From: Mobula hypostoma
Lineage: Eukaryota
Assembly: GCF_963921235.1 (NCBI RefSeq)
Contig: NC_086112.1
Location: 64,356,001 to 64,420,000 of the forward strand
Direction of reading: 5' to 3'
Length of the DNA stretch: 64,000 nucleotides
Below are positions 12,113-25,688 of this stretch, in pieces. The first letter of the stretch is position 1. Each line of letters begins with the position of its first letter. The position numbers and the translations under genes were made by a program. The notes beneath the pieces were generated by a model that did not search any database, had not been told where the DNA came from, and saw nothing but the letters and a program-made list of their open reading frames with translations.

Positions 12113-12422
12113 TAGACAATAGACGACAGACAATAGACAATAGGTGCAGGAGTAGGCTATTCGGCCCTTCGAGCCAGCACCGCCATTCACTGTGATCATG
12201 GCTGATCATCCACAATCAGTATCCAGTTCCTGCCTTATCCCCATAACCTTTGATTCCGCTACCTTTAAGAGCTCTATCCATCTCTTTTTTGAAAGCATCC
12301 AGAGACTTGGCCTCCACAGCCTTCTGGGGCAGAGCATTCCATATATCTACCACTCTCTGGGTGAAAAAGTTTTTCCTCAACTCCGTTCTAAATAGCCTAC
12401 CCCTAATTCTTAAACTGTGGCC
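12113..12422 (-). mobile_element. CR1 LINE 3' end with short-repeat tail
   Basis: GHSLRIRGRLFRTELRKNFFTQRVVDIWNALPQKAVEA; (agacaat)n tail on the + strand. Confidence 0.85.
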
Positions 12423-13636
12423 CAAAGTAGTCCCAAGACCCCTGAAAAATTGATATAGTATTGATCAAAAAATAAAGAGGACTTGTAACAAGGGGGGGGG
12501 GGGTGGAGTCTACAGAGAACTGTAAACCAGTTTTATTTTCTCTTGTAATTCCAAAAGCTATTTGATTAGGTATCATATAAGAAGTTATTCCACAATTAGC
12601 ATGTTAGTTAAGAGATAAGAGCTGTAATAAATGGATCATTTCAGATAAGCAAACTGTAACAAATGAAGCATCAGAGAGTTCATTGCCTGGACCTCAACTA
12701 TTTATATTAATGACTTAATTGAAGGAACCAAGTGTACTGAGCCAAATTTGCTGTCAGTAAAAATATATGCGGCAAGTTAAATTGTGAAGGGGGCACAAAA
12801 TGTCTGTAAAGAAGTACTAATAAGTTTTGAGTGGTCAAACAGAAGACGGCTGGAGTATAATACACTCCGTGTGGTGCAATCCACCACTCGGACCACTAAA
12901 CGTTGGTCCATATAGACCGGGAGGGATGGGTGTCAAGTGTTGGGAGAGGTTGGATCACCCTGGGCTGATTTGGAGGAGTTGAGAACAGATTAAACACCTA
13001 CGCAGATAGACTGGGGGTTTCTCTCCCTGCAACGCTAAGGCTGTGAGACCGCCCTGGCTGCCGTGCTTCATGTCTGCGAACTTTGTGGCAATTTGCCCTG
13101 CCAATATGATGAACTGAATACTGAGGCTTTGGGCCCACTCAGGGGATTTAGATCCAAGGACTCAATTTGGATCGAAAAGCTGTTGTTGCTCGCTTCTGTT
13201 GTTTGCATGATTTGTTTTGTTTTCGTCTTTTTCTGTGTGCATCGGTGTTGGTCTTTTATTTTAAATTGGGTTCTTTCAGGTTCCTTGTTTTATGACTACC
13301 TATAATTTAAAAGGTTGTATAATTTATCCATTCTTTGATAATAAACATACTTTGAATATAGGGAGAGCTATGGTTATCTAACAAAGAATTTAACTGGTTT
13401 TAGATTAATGAGTGCTAGTGTTTTTCATGTGTGACAAATGGTTCTGATAATAGGTACTTTAAGTAATTAAGCAAATAGGATATTGAGCTTTATTGCAATA
13501 AAGATGAAGTACCAAGATCAGGAAGTTTTACTAAAATTACACTAGGCTTCGGTGAGACAATAGTGTACCCTGTAGTATTATTTAAGATTCATGTTTCCAT
13601 ACATCAGGAACCACTGAAACCATTGAGTCCATACCT

Positions 13637-15611
13637 TGTTGCAAGGACAAGGTGGTGGAACGAACCCAAGTGCTGAACACGGGCACGGAGGCCTAGTTGG
13701 GAGGCATTACGGTCATAGCGAGCGTGGAATTGGTGTTCAAGAGAGTCTTTACCCGGAGTCTTGGTTTTAGTAGAGAATTCAGGAACGATGCTAGACTTAG
13801 AACTGATAGTCCTAAGAACCAGGGACCGAGGTTACTCATACACAAGTCGACCAGCAAACTGGCAGCTCCTTTTGTCTGTCTGTCTGTATCTTGTTTTATG
13901 GCGGTTGGCATCCAGCTTAATGGTGCATTACCACCACCCTCTGCTCCGGAATGTGCACTAGACATACATTCTAAATCCCTTCACCCAATCTCACACACAC
14001 ACACACACAAACCTACACTTTACCCTCCCATCTTTGACCATCCTAGTACCCTATTCCTGTTTATCCGTCATATCCTATAAAAAACCCCTGTACCCCTTAA
14101 AAACACTAAAAATACCCGGACTCGTGCTCTCTCACCCATGCCCAGCAACCCTTTTAATGTGAATTCCTGCGCCCCCAACTCCCTTAATTTAATTCTCATC
14201 ATCTCTCTCTGTATCCCATACTTCCTGCAACACAAAACTACATGTTCTACTGACTCCTCTTCCTGACATTCCTCAAACAATCCTGTCTGATGTTTCCCTA
14301 TCATTTTCAATGGTTTGTTTAATGCACAATGCCCCAGCCTTAACCTAGTCCACACAGTTTCCTCTCTTCTGTTTCCATTACCTACCCTGGTACCTGCAAC
14401 ACTCTTTTGTATTTGATATAAATGCCTCCCTTTCCCCTCCCTGTCCCATCTTTCTTGCCACATTTGGTTGACTTTTTCCCAGATTACACATTTAACCTCT
14501 GCTTTACTGATACTAATGTGCATTTCCACATTTTCTTTCTTTAACGCCCTCTTTGCCAACTCATCCACCCTCTCATTCCCCTTCACCCCTACATGTGCTG
14601 GAACCCATAGAAATTTTACCTGACCTCCCTGATTTGCAATTCTTGTAACTAACTGAAGGACTTCATAAAGTACATCTTGCAGACTGTTTGTGTGAAAAGA
14701 CCTTAAACTTGCTAGAACTGAGGATGAATCTGAACATATCAATGCTTTGACTTGTCTGGCTTTCTGCACCCATTGCAACGGAACCAACACCGCCAGCATC
14801 TCCACTGTAAACACCCCTAACTTATTAGATGTTCTTCTGCTGATTCCAATTTCTTTTGGTGGTATAACCACCCCAAACCCTGTCACTCCTGTTTCAGGTT
14901 CCTTTGCACCATATGTATAAATGTGAGTATAATCACTATACTTTTCCATCACATGACAATTAAATGCATTTACCAAATCTGTCTTATATCTTTCTTTCCT
15001 CTTTACCTCTAACAAATGCCAGTCTATGTCAGGCCATACAAGCTTCCATGGAGCTACAACCGGATAAACTACTGAAGGACTTATCCTCAGATCAAACACT
15101 CCACATTCTTTCGCGATATCATTCCCTACCCGACTAAAGGTATCCCTCTGAAACCTCCCATTTTCCCAGCACTCCTGCAACACTCCTTTAGCAGGGTGAG
15201 AAATATTGTGCCCCTGCAAGTTAGCCCAGTAGTTTGCCATCAGTTGCATCCTTCTTAGTTCCGAAGGCATTATTCCCATTTCTTCATGTAGGGCTGACAC
15301 TGGTGATGTTTTAAAAGCCCCACTGCACACTCTCAAGGCCTGAGCCTGAATCACATCCAGTTTCCTTATAAGAGACCTAGCTGCTGATCTATATACTATA
15401 TTTCCATAGTCCAACACAGATCTCACTAAAGCCACATACATTCTCTTCAAAGCTGAACAACTTGCTCCCCTGGCAGCTCCTTGTTGTGATAACAGGGTCT
15501 TTGTCCTGCAGTTTCTGGAACCTGGGAATGATTGGAAATTAAATGAGGTGATTGAGGCCCAAATGCTGAGATAAATGGCAAGGTGGGGGATTGCCAGAAG
15601 GGACCATGACA
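13637..15611 (-). mobile_element. Solo LTR (Gypsy-like, 364 bp once the nested LINE is removed)
   Basis: TG...CA ends (minus strand starts TGTCATGGTCC); perfect 5-bp TSD TACCT at 13632-13636 and 15612-15616. Confidence 0.75.
13872..15469 (-). mobile_element. 5'-truncated I/Nimb-type LINE with RT C-terminus, RNase H and zinc-knuckle remnant
   Basis: MYVALVRSVLDYG, ICSDSSS, KFLWVPAHVGVKGNERVDELAK, TRLRLGH, ECQEEESVEHVVLCC; (CAGA)n tail; 13-bp TSD CTGGCAGCTCCTT at 13859-13871 and 15470-15482. Confidence 0.9.
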
Positions 15612-16483
15612 TACCTATTCTCAGAGTATTTGCATATCTCCACTAACTTTGCTGTAACCTATTTTTTTTTCACACATCAATTTACGACTGTTTCCATATC
15701 CCTAATGTAAGATGGTGGTAGAAATTTACCATGACTAAGTAACAAACATTTCATCTTCAGTGGGAGGAAACCAGAATACCAGTCAGAGGGAGAATATGCA
15801 AACTTCACACAGACAGCACCAGAGACTGGAATCAGGCATAGCTTGCTGGAACTATGAACAGCAATATTAATTGCAGCACCATGATATTGGCCACGTCATT
15901 GCCTTATTTGGGGAAGGATGTACAAGACATAATGCAGCAAATGTAAGTTAGAGAGATTGTATAATGAGCAAAGGTTGCTTAGTCTTTTAATCTGGACTTC
16001 AGAAGAAGGTAGAAGATAAATTGTTCTCTTGGAAACTCAGGTTTGTGAAGGAGCCAATTGTATTATCAAAAGGACAATTCTCACCAATGCAGGAAGATTC
16101 CACAACCATGTTCCTGATTTTCTTTAATCAAATAATTCATGAACATAGGTTCAGGAACTACTTACTATTATGTTTAGGCAAAAAGTACTTTGAGTTAGTA
16201 GAAGAGTTGTACTGGAAAGCTGATGTTTAAGAGCATGAGGTGGAGAAGTGTTAGTTGAGAAAATAGTGCAAGACCGAGTTTTAAAATTGAAGAAAATAAA
16301 GAAGTGATATAATTAGTACATCTCCCTATAATGCTACACATCTGTTAACGAAGACTACAGTATATAATACAGTAAAGTTTAAAAACTGTCTAAATTAAAG
16401 GTAATGCAAGTCAAATACCTCTCATTTTTGCGATCCAGTTTTCTATCAAAAATTAACTGTGTTGGGTTGTTGATCTATTTTAG

Positions 16484-16548
16484 TGAGGAAAAGTCGACTT
16501 CTGGGCATCGATGGCCCCATCATCCCCAGGAACCGAACAACAGTCTAA
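16484..16548 (+). CDS. TMOD1: Tropomodulin-1, canonical last coding exon (VRKSRLLGIDGPIIPRNRTTV*)
   Basis: ctattttag acceptor, phase 1; matches the TMOD1-specific C-terminal tail (recalled human VRKRRLADLTGPIIPKCRSGV); stop TAA at 16546-16548. Confidence 0.93.
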
Positions 16549-16767
16549 TCTGTTTGTGAAGACTTCAAGCCTCTACAGAGCACACTATATGCTGATGATT
16601 TTTACAGCCAGCCAGAAGTGCCTTCTCAGTTCTGTTGTACTTCTATTTTCTTTTTAGTGTTGCATAATGGGATAATGAAGTTCAATAACAGATTGTAGTG
16701 TACTTTGATCTACTAATAACACTCTGTACTACTGATTAATTCTTCAATCCAATTAGTGCTGTGTGCA

Positions 16768-16773
16768 AATAAA
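16768..16773 (+). terminator. Candidate TMOD1 proximal polyadenylation signal AATAAA (another candidate at 18894-18899)
   Basis: First AATAAA I found after the TMOD1 stop; usage is not testable from sequence. Confidence 0.35.
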
Positions 16774-18149
16774 TCATCAATTCTAAATCCATTCATTAGT
16801 TGATGAATATATCCCTGAATGGATTGTTGAGTGAAACTATAGCTATATGGTGCATGAAAGAACCTGCTGTTATGACATTTACTGCAGAAGCATAAGTACT
16901 CATTTTATTTATATTATTTGATGCCAGAAAATTACCTCGAGTAAGCTGTTCTTTTCTTGGAGGAAATCATTCTTCATTTTGTGACAAAAGTACTGCTTGA
17001 GAATTGTGTGTATCAGCTTCGTGTTTACTGATTTACAGAACTTTCATGTAATCCAGAATTTCCACTGATTTGTTACTTACTACACAAAAGATGCCAAATA
17101 GTTTTGAGTTTCAATCAAAATACTTAAGTCTGTTTAAAATTATGGAAATTTATATAAACAGTTGTTTATTGCTTGAGTTATCATTGACAACCTCCAAATA
17201 CCCTTCACTTTACTGCATATGTCCTTGCCTTGCATCAATTATGGAGCAGGCAGTAAAATTACAATTATTTATATATTTGGCTATATTTCCATTATTTCCT
17301 GAAACAAAGTATTTTTAACAATCCAAAATAACTTTATTTTAAATATGCAGTATCTGTTCTAAAGCTTTTCAATGACAAAAAGATGTCAAATTATATTCTT
17401 TTAATGAATTGACACCCAATGCCACCTCGACAGCTTGCATCACTGAGCTGTATACCTCCTTCACCTTCACGGTCGTTATGATGTGTGATCATCTTTTGCC
17501 AACTCCATGATTGACATCTTGGTTGGATCACTTTGTCTGGAACCTCCCCTTTGAGCTTACTGCCATGAGTGACTCCACCAGCTCGCAAGCCTCTTCACCA
17601 CCGCAGGTGACAATCCTCAGAGAAGAGGATCTGCCTGGTACTTCTGTAGCACCAGTGTCTTATGCCACTTCTCGGCCCATGACTGAACGTAGTTCAAATT
17701 TTGCTGAAGACTGTTGCATTGGCTATAGAGCTGTGAACAGAACTGAACATTGTGCAGACACCAGCAACTGTTCCCACTTTGGACCTCATGGTGGATGGAG
17801 GGTCACTGATGTAAGTGGTTGGGCCCAAGACACTGCCCTGAGCACCTCCTGCAGACATCTCCCAGGATCTCCAACACCTTCCTCCGTGTGAGGGTAGATT
17901 CTGATCACTGGCGTGGTTTCCCCTTGATATCCATTCACTTTACCACAGCTTCTTGATGCCAAATTAAGTCAAACACTGACTTAATGTTAAGAGAAGTCAC
18001 TCTCACCTCTCCTTTAGAAATCAGCATTTTAACCTATGTTTTGAGTGATTTAATGAGCAGGTCAATGGAGAAGCAAACTGCTGGAGGAATTCAATAGGGT
18101 GGGCAGCCTCTGTGGAAGGAAGGGGAAAGCTGCAACAGAGCATCAGGAC

Positions 18150-18580
18150 AGGATTCTGGGAACGAAAGAGTTAATGTATGAGGAGTGTTTGATGGGCCTG
18201 GGTTTTAGAAGAATGAGGGGATATCTCATTGAAACCCATCGAACACTGAAGGCTCTAAATAGAGTGGATGTGGAGAGGGTGTTTCCAATAGTGGGGGAGT
18301 CTAGGACCAGAGGGCAGAGCATCAGAATACAAGGATGTCTTTTTAAAAAAGATGAGGAGGAATTTCTCTAGCCAGAGGGCCGAATCTGTGGACTTCATTG
18401 CCATGGAGGCCAAGTCATTATTTAAAGTGGAGGATGATTGGTTCTTGATTCGTTAAGGGTGTCAACAGTTATGGGGAGAAGGCAGGAGAATGGGGTTGAG
18501 AGGGATAATAAATCAGCCATAATTGAATGGCAGAGAAGAGTCAATGGGCTGAATGACCTCATTCCACTATGTCTTATACA
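18150..18580 (+). mobile_element. CR1 LINE 3' end
   Basis: YEECLMGLG-FRRMRGYLIETH..GESRTRGQS; CR1 3' UTR. Confidence 0.8.
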
Positions 18581-20956
18581 GTAGTCTGCAGACATCAGAA
18601 TTCCTTTTACCATTAACTAATTTTATTTCTTCAGCTGAAGGATTAGCCAAAAAAGAAAATGAATACTGAAAACTTTTGGGTTTGAGGAACACAACTGTGA
18701 TGCTTAACAGAGCACGCTCTAAGCAAAACAGGTTTAAAAAAACTTGGTGTTAAATCTACTTTTGTGGTTTCCCAAAAAAGGATGTGTTTGATTGTTGCAC
18801 CTCATGATGAATAAAGCATTAGTTTTTTTTTGCATTCTGTAGCCTCACATGCTTTGAGAAAGTCAGTAAAACCTCATGATGTATCATTTGTACAATAAAA
18901 GTTGTGACATTTTGCTTATCTTCTAGTTGTAACTGGCTGAATAAGATGCTGTCCTGGCCTTGTAGTAACACTGAACTCATTTATCGTGGCAAAAATTATG
19001 GAATGAAGTAAAACATGAGAATTGTGAAACTTTTCAGATTCAACTAGAATGTGCCACTTCCACACAATTAATTCTAGATTAAATACGGTGCAGAGAATTC
19101 TCTTAACCTATCTATGGTCATGGATGTGAATTCACTAAGAGATACCTAATTAAATGGGAAGAAATCTAAATTTATTTAGAAATAGAAAGGTAAAAAGAGA
19201 ATGGTTACTTTCAAGTGAAGAAATGTAATCCGATCTGAAAGGCGAATCCCTTATTTTAAGACCAAGCCTTCTCAAATGACAACCCAACCCTTCTCCTTTT
19301 GCATTCACTTGTAAAGCCACATAAGCATTTTTATTCTTCTTCAACTTTATTCTTCTTAACTCAACAGTAGAGGTCCAGTCTGCTTATCCTCATACCACTG
19401 ATTTGCCATACAGAAATACATCTGGTAAACCCTCACTGTACTTCCTCTATATCCTTCCAGGGGTAAGGAGACCAGACCTGTACCAATATACTGGAACAAG
19501 TCATTTGTACTTACAATAAAGGTTCAACAGATTGATTCCTGGGCTGGGAGGACCAGGATGAGGAGAGAATAGGTTTTCAAACAAAATTTAAAGGTGTTCA
19601 TTTCCTTGATAGCAAAATTGATCCAGTTACTTCAACAGCCAGAGACAGAGACTATTAAGATTGTCTTTGAAATTGTTACCTCTTCCGGATTTCTTTTTTG
19701 TTGAAAACTTGCTACTTTTCAGAATTCTTGAACTAGTACAAGCCAACTAAACTGACATATCTCACATGGTTGTTATTCCACAAAGTATTTATTCCTGCAA
19801 AGAACTGTACCTGCTTGTGCATGTGGAGGCTGTGAATGAAGTATACACATATTTTAAATTGCTTCGAGAAGACTCTAAAGTTTCCTATAAAAACAATTTT
19901 GCTCCACATGTATTTTACCGTTACTACTGTGAAAAGGAATATTTTGATCAGAAATATATTAAGTCACAAAAAAAAACTCATCTTTCAGTTCCAAGAACAC
20001 ATTTGTAGCTTCTTAAAAACCACAGAACCAGAATAACATCCTAAAGAATAACATTTTGAATATCTGGTATGAATGTAAAATGACTTCAATCACAATTTGA
20101 ATTCTTATTTTTAAATTAACTCCTCAAAAATTGGAAATTGTCTAACTTAAATTGCGTTAACTTTTCTTTAAAATGTAGAGTGATTTATCACAGATTGCAG
20201 AGCATTCCTAGCTCACTTTTTCTCTGAAACATCAGAACACCACCATAAATTGAAAAGATCTTCATCTTAGACATTAGGAGTAAGACAGATTATGTAGTAG
20301 CTTGCAACAGAGTTGTGGTCCTGATGTTAACTGTGGATTTGGACTGAAGTCTCAGCAACTATGACTCAAGATTGATCTGAGGTGAGCTCATGTGAATGAT
20401 AATTTATGAAAGACTCAATTCCTGCCAGTCTGCTGATTTTTTCCATGGGAAATGCCACGTGGAATAAGCTGATCTATACACAGGCTTTTGTATAGCTAAT
20501 GTGGGCACAATCAGTATCTCAACTTAGGATACAATGTGATTCAAAATGAGTATGAAAACCAGAAATGTTTCAGAAAACAGAAAACCAGAATGCATTTTAA
20601 TTCAATTGATTTAAAACATGACCGTTCTCAAATGAAATTTATAGTAGCATGCTGATGAAAACCTGCAAGTTTTAATAAGCTCTTTTACAGTATTAATATA
20701 AAATCAAGCTATTCTGTGTAATGGAACAGATCTTTAAAACACGATCAAACCATTTATCTTGTTATTAAATGTGGGAACTTCCCGTACAAACTGGCTGCAG
20801 TGTTTCCAGTATTAGGACACAAACAACTAAATTCAAAAGAACTCAATTAGCGGTCAAGAATTTTGGGACATGCTGAAATTGTGCAGGTTTCTATAGAAAT
20901 CTGTCCTTTATTTGAGGTGATTTGTTTTCTGTCTGTTTTAAGCTTGAACAAATAGT

Positions 20957-21189
20957 CTAATGTGGAATCACAACAGGAATCCGTATCCGTTTCTCAGTAC
21001 ATTCACATTGCTCTTTCCTTAGATGTCGTGATTGAGTTTCAGGTGATGCTTTTCCTTTTTCCTGGCACACAGCACAACAGGCTATGAGACCTTTATCTCT
21101 ACAGTGGAGACAGGACAAAACAAGCTGACAGCAAGAAGCAGTACTGCAGAGTTTGTATTCATCCCAAGGGGCACCACAATATCTGCATT
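20957..21189 (-). CDS. TSTD2: TSTD2 last coding exon (Cys-rich C-terminus)
   Basis: ttctccttccag acceptor; ECRYCGAPWDEYKLCSTASCCQLVLSCLHCRDKGLIACCAVCQEKG...EQCECTEKRIRIPVVIPH*; the spliced CDS totals 1449 nt with an open frame. Confidence 0.95.
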
Positions 21190-23019
21190 CTGGAAGGAGA
21201 AACACCAGATTAGTTTCATTAGCATTAGGGCACATAGGTGGAATGATATAAAACACAGTGACAACATACTTAATACAAGTAACCAATGTGATGAAGTCTG
21301 TGGCAGAAGCATTTGTGTATCATCTGCATATCTTTATTATTAAATGTTGTGAGACAGATTGAATAACTCAGAAAGTAATGCTGAAAAAGGCTATATAAGT
21401 CCAGAGGATGAAAGCATTTCTTTCCATTTAAGTGAGGCTACATGGAATGTTGTGTGTATGTATGCATTGTGTGTATGTTGGCAGAGGTCAAGAACGAGAG
21501 AACATAAAGGCTTACAAAGCAGCCAAAGTGACATTAACATAGCCAGTTGTTACAATCTAGAATGCAGTGCCAGGTGTGGTTATGAAGACAAATTCAACTA
21601 CAGTGTTCAAAATGGTTCTGGCAAGGTCTGGAATTAGCTGGATTGCTTTTGCGCAAGACCAGCATGGTTTCAATGGGTGAAATGATCTTCTGTGGTACCA
21701 TAACCATTGCAATTTTGTGAGAAGAGGAGTGGGAAATGCGGGCTTGTAGGCCAGGCATGTACCAGCCAAAATTACACCTCTTCAAAAAAAAAACACCAAA
21801 CACATTTCTGTCTAGCTAATCCTTTTGATTACTCTTGTGAAGCCTGATTGCTTTGTAATGTTAAAATGATAACTGATTTGTGAACAATGACTTTGGCTGT
21901 AAAGTTTGAATTGCCTGGCGTACAGAAATTCAAGATTTCATTTTTTGCTGCTGAAACCAAATTGGCTTTCTTCTGATTTGAGTAGAATATATCTTAGGTA
22001 ATCTCTACTGAAATGAATACTGGAGGTCTGTCTAGTTGCAAATGATTCCTTTTGCTGGACTGGAACATTCATATCAATACTGGAGTTCTGTGCATGTTCC
22101 GCACCATATTTCTAAAATGTATCATAGGAAATAATTACTGAACACCAATAAAAATCTTTTAATCTGAACCTTAAACCTGGAAATGGCATTTAACTGTAGG
22201 CTGAGAGTAAACAAATTTGGCCACTTAAACTAGCTTATAAGATTGTAACAGATTGCTTGGATTGCAAATGTTCTATTTTACAACACACAATAAAAAAATA
22301 AGTAAGATCCTTCCAATTTGTACAAATAACGTATTTGCCACTGCAAGAGAAAACAAAATTTAGATCACAACTAGTCTCAGGGTTAGTGTCCAGACAAACT
22401 ACAAGACCAATGTAAAGTTGGAAAATGAGCATGGTATCAGTTGACAAGTTTTTATTCTGTTTTGTGTTAAATTACTAACTTGAAAAGAGTATTTTCTATG
22501 CTGATAATCAGCTCAATGAAGAGAAAATATTGTTCCATAGCTCTGCAAAAGAGTACATAAAGTACAAAAACACATGTACATGTCAATACTTATAAACACT
22601 CGAATCTTCCAATTAATTTTTTTAGATAGGGAGGCGATTTCATACCCTAAGCAACATTCAGATTCAATGTGGCAACCAAATAAAATGGTTGACAAAATAG
22701 ATGATTTTAACTTTCCAAATGTGGTCTGGGACTGCCAGAGTGCTATGGACTTAGATGGTATGGAATTTGTTAAGTGAGTTCTGGAAAATTTCCTTAGGCA
22801 ATATATAGAAGGCCCTACTAGACACAGAGCAAAGTTTGCCCTACTGGAGACACAGCAAATTTTGACCTACTCTCGAGAAATAGGGCAGGATATGTGAATG
22901 AGGCATCAGCCCACAAACTAAAGTTCTAAATTTTGACTATGTAAGACAGGAATTTGCAAAATCTGACTGGAGTAGGCTGTTTGCAGGTAGTGACATCTGC
23001 CAGGAAGAAAACTTTTAAA

Positions 23020-24180
23020 ACAAAAGTTAGTACAGTACAGCACAGGCACAGATCCTTTGATCCATTATATTTTGCTGAACTCATTGAACCAGTAATTAAC
23101 CAGTGCCTAACTAAACTAATCCCATCTGCCTACACAATGTATATGTGTGTACACGATGCACATATCCCTCCATTCTCTATATATTTACATGCATATCTTA
23201 AGAGCCTCTTACACAACTCTGCCTCCAAATTTATAAAAATTATGTTTGTCTTCACTACCACCCATGGCAGTGCATTCCAGGCAGCCACCACTTTGTGTAA
23301 AAATATGCACTGCACATCTCCTTTGAATTTGTCCCTCTTACCTTAAATGCATCCTTTCCAGTATTAGACATTTTGACTCTGCAGGAAAAATAATGAATTT
23401 CTAATCTATCTAAGCCTCTCATAATCTTCAAAACCTCTGTCAGGTTTCCCCTTAGCCTCCACCTCTCCAGAGAAAACTACTCAAGTTTATCCACCTCTCC
23501 TTGTAGCATAGCCACTCTTAATTAGGCAGCATCCAGGTAAATCCTTTCGGCACCCTCTCCGAATCTCCACATCCTTCCTATAACAGGGCAACCAGAATTG
23601 AATGCAATACTCCAGATAAAGCTGCAACATAGCTTCCTCGCTCTTGAACTCAATGCCTCGAATGATACCTTCTTTAGCATCCTTATCAACCAGTGCAGTC
23701 ACTTTCAGGGATATATGAACTTGGACCCCAAGATCCCTCTATACATCAACATTACTAATCTCCACCCATATTTGCAACTGATTATGTCCAACCGAATCCT
23801 TTGGAAATCTTCTACACTATCCACAATGCCATCAAACTTTGTATTGTCTGCAAATTTACTAACCCACATCCACATTCTCATCTACATCATTTATACATAT
23901 TACAAACAACAAAGGTCCTAGTACAGATCCCTGTGAAACAATACTTAGTCATGGACCTCCATGCAGAATAGATCCCACCAACCACTACCCTTTTTCTTTC
24001 ATGGACTAGCCAATTCCGAATCCAAACAGCTAATGTACCATGGACTCATGCAGCTTAATCTTCTATTTAAACCTCCCAAAAGGAACCTTTTCAAATGCTT
24101 TACTAAAGTTCAGACAACATCACAGCTAACATTCATAAATCATCTGTCACTTATTCAAAAAACTCAACAGTTAATAAGAC
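23020..24180 (-). mobile_element. Degenerate CR1 LINE (RT C-terminal part plus 3' end)
   Basis: Minus-strand SKFADNTK, EFKSEEAMLQLY..YRKDVE and VVAAWNALP remnants. Confidence 0.75.
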
Positions 24181-24368
24181 TATTAATGGTTAGTATGTTT
24201 TGATGTACATGTGACAAATAAAGCTAATCTTAAAATATCTTTTTTCTATCTTTTAATACTCTCATAATTTGCCCTGCTCCAATTTAATTCTCTCCCTCAA
24301 AACCTGGCTTGAGAGGGATTTTGGTAGGTTAATTGGACCCTGTAAATTGTCCCATGATTAGGCTAGGG

Positions 24369-24561
24369 CAGGGGTGGCCAACCTTTTACATTCCATACGT
24401 CAATTTTTTCACGTACAAGTTCCGATTCGATTTTTTCACGCACGAGTTCTATATTAACATATTTTTACAAGAATTGAATGGGGGTACAAGAGATGTATGG
24501 CACATCCGAACTCGTGAGTGAAAAAATTGGTGCATGGAATGTAAAAGGTTGGCCGCCTCTG
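24369..24561. mobile_element. hAT (Charlie-like) MITE, 193 bp
   Basis: TIRs CAGGGGTGGCCAACCTTTTACATTCCAT / ATGGAATGTAAAAGGTTGGCCGCCTCTG; perfect 8-bp TSD GGCTAGGG at 24361-24368 and 24562-24569. Confidence 0.9.
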
Positions 24562-24639
24562 GGCTAGGGTTAAATCGAGGGCTGATGGGCAGGGCAGTTT
24601 GAAGGGCCTATTCCGTGCTGTATCTCAATAAACAAAAAA

Positions 24640-25260
24640 GTGGATGTGTTGCATTTTTGGGAAAACAAATTAGGGCAGAACACTCATGTAGTCAATGGTA
24701 GGGTCCTTAGGAGTGTTGTAGAACAGAGGAACCAGAGAGTACAAGTATATAGCCCCCTGAGAGTGGTGTTACAAGTGGACAGGGTGGCAAAGACAGCTTT
24801 TGGAATGCTGGTATCCACCAGCCATAGAAGTTGGGACGTTATGTTATAGTTGTATCAGAGGTTGCTGGGGCCACATTTGCAATATTGTTTTCAGTTTTGG
24901 TCACCACGCTATAAGAAAGATACCGTTAAGCTAGAAAAAATACAAAGAAGATTTACAAGGATGTTGCCGTAACATAATAGATTTAGTTAAGGAGAAAGGT
25001 GAGCAGGATAGGATTTTATTCACTCAAGCAAAGGAGATTGAAGGGTGACATTACACAGGTGTATAAAATCTTGAGACGCACAGATTGTGTGTATTCACTT
25101 AGTTTCTTTCACAGTGTTTGAGGTGTTAACAACATTTAAAAGGCAATTGGACAAGCACATGGATAAAAAAAGATTTAGAGATATGGGCCAAACCCAGGTA
25201 AATAATAGTAATTTAGATGGGAACCATGGTTTGCATTTCCATTCCGTGTGACTCTATGAG
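24640..25260 (+). mobile_element. Degenerate CR1 LINE 3' part
   Basis: VNGRVLRSVVEQR..QVDRVAKTAFGML; tail gtgactctatgag. Confidence 0.75.
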
Positions 25261-25505
25261 TGTATACTCTCGGGTTGAAAGACATTCCACCATTTCATAT
25301 CTCTATGGATATCATACCCAAGAAATCTGGATCACTTTCAAAAAGTTTCAATTCATCTAAGATTTTAGACATTTGGGGAAACAGTTCTGGAGCTTCACTA
25401 TCTTGTGTGTAGTGAAGGCAAGTTCAGAATAATATTCCTTATTTTACAATTGTGGTTCTTTGTTCTAAACTACCATAAAAAGGTAAAACAATCTATTCGC
25501 CATTA

Positions 25506-25688
<183 letters not shown>

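Noticed and set aside
14068-15612. 514-aa ORF as a host gene
   Set aside because: It is a 5'-truncated LINE ORF2 bounded by a TSD, with its N-terminus borrowed from flanking LTR sequence and a mutated RNase H catalytic residue
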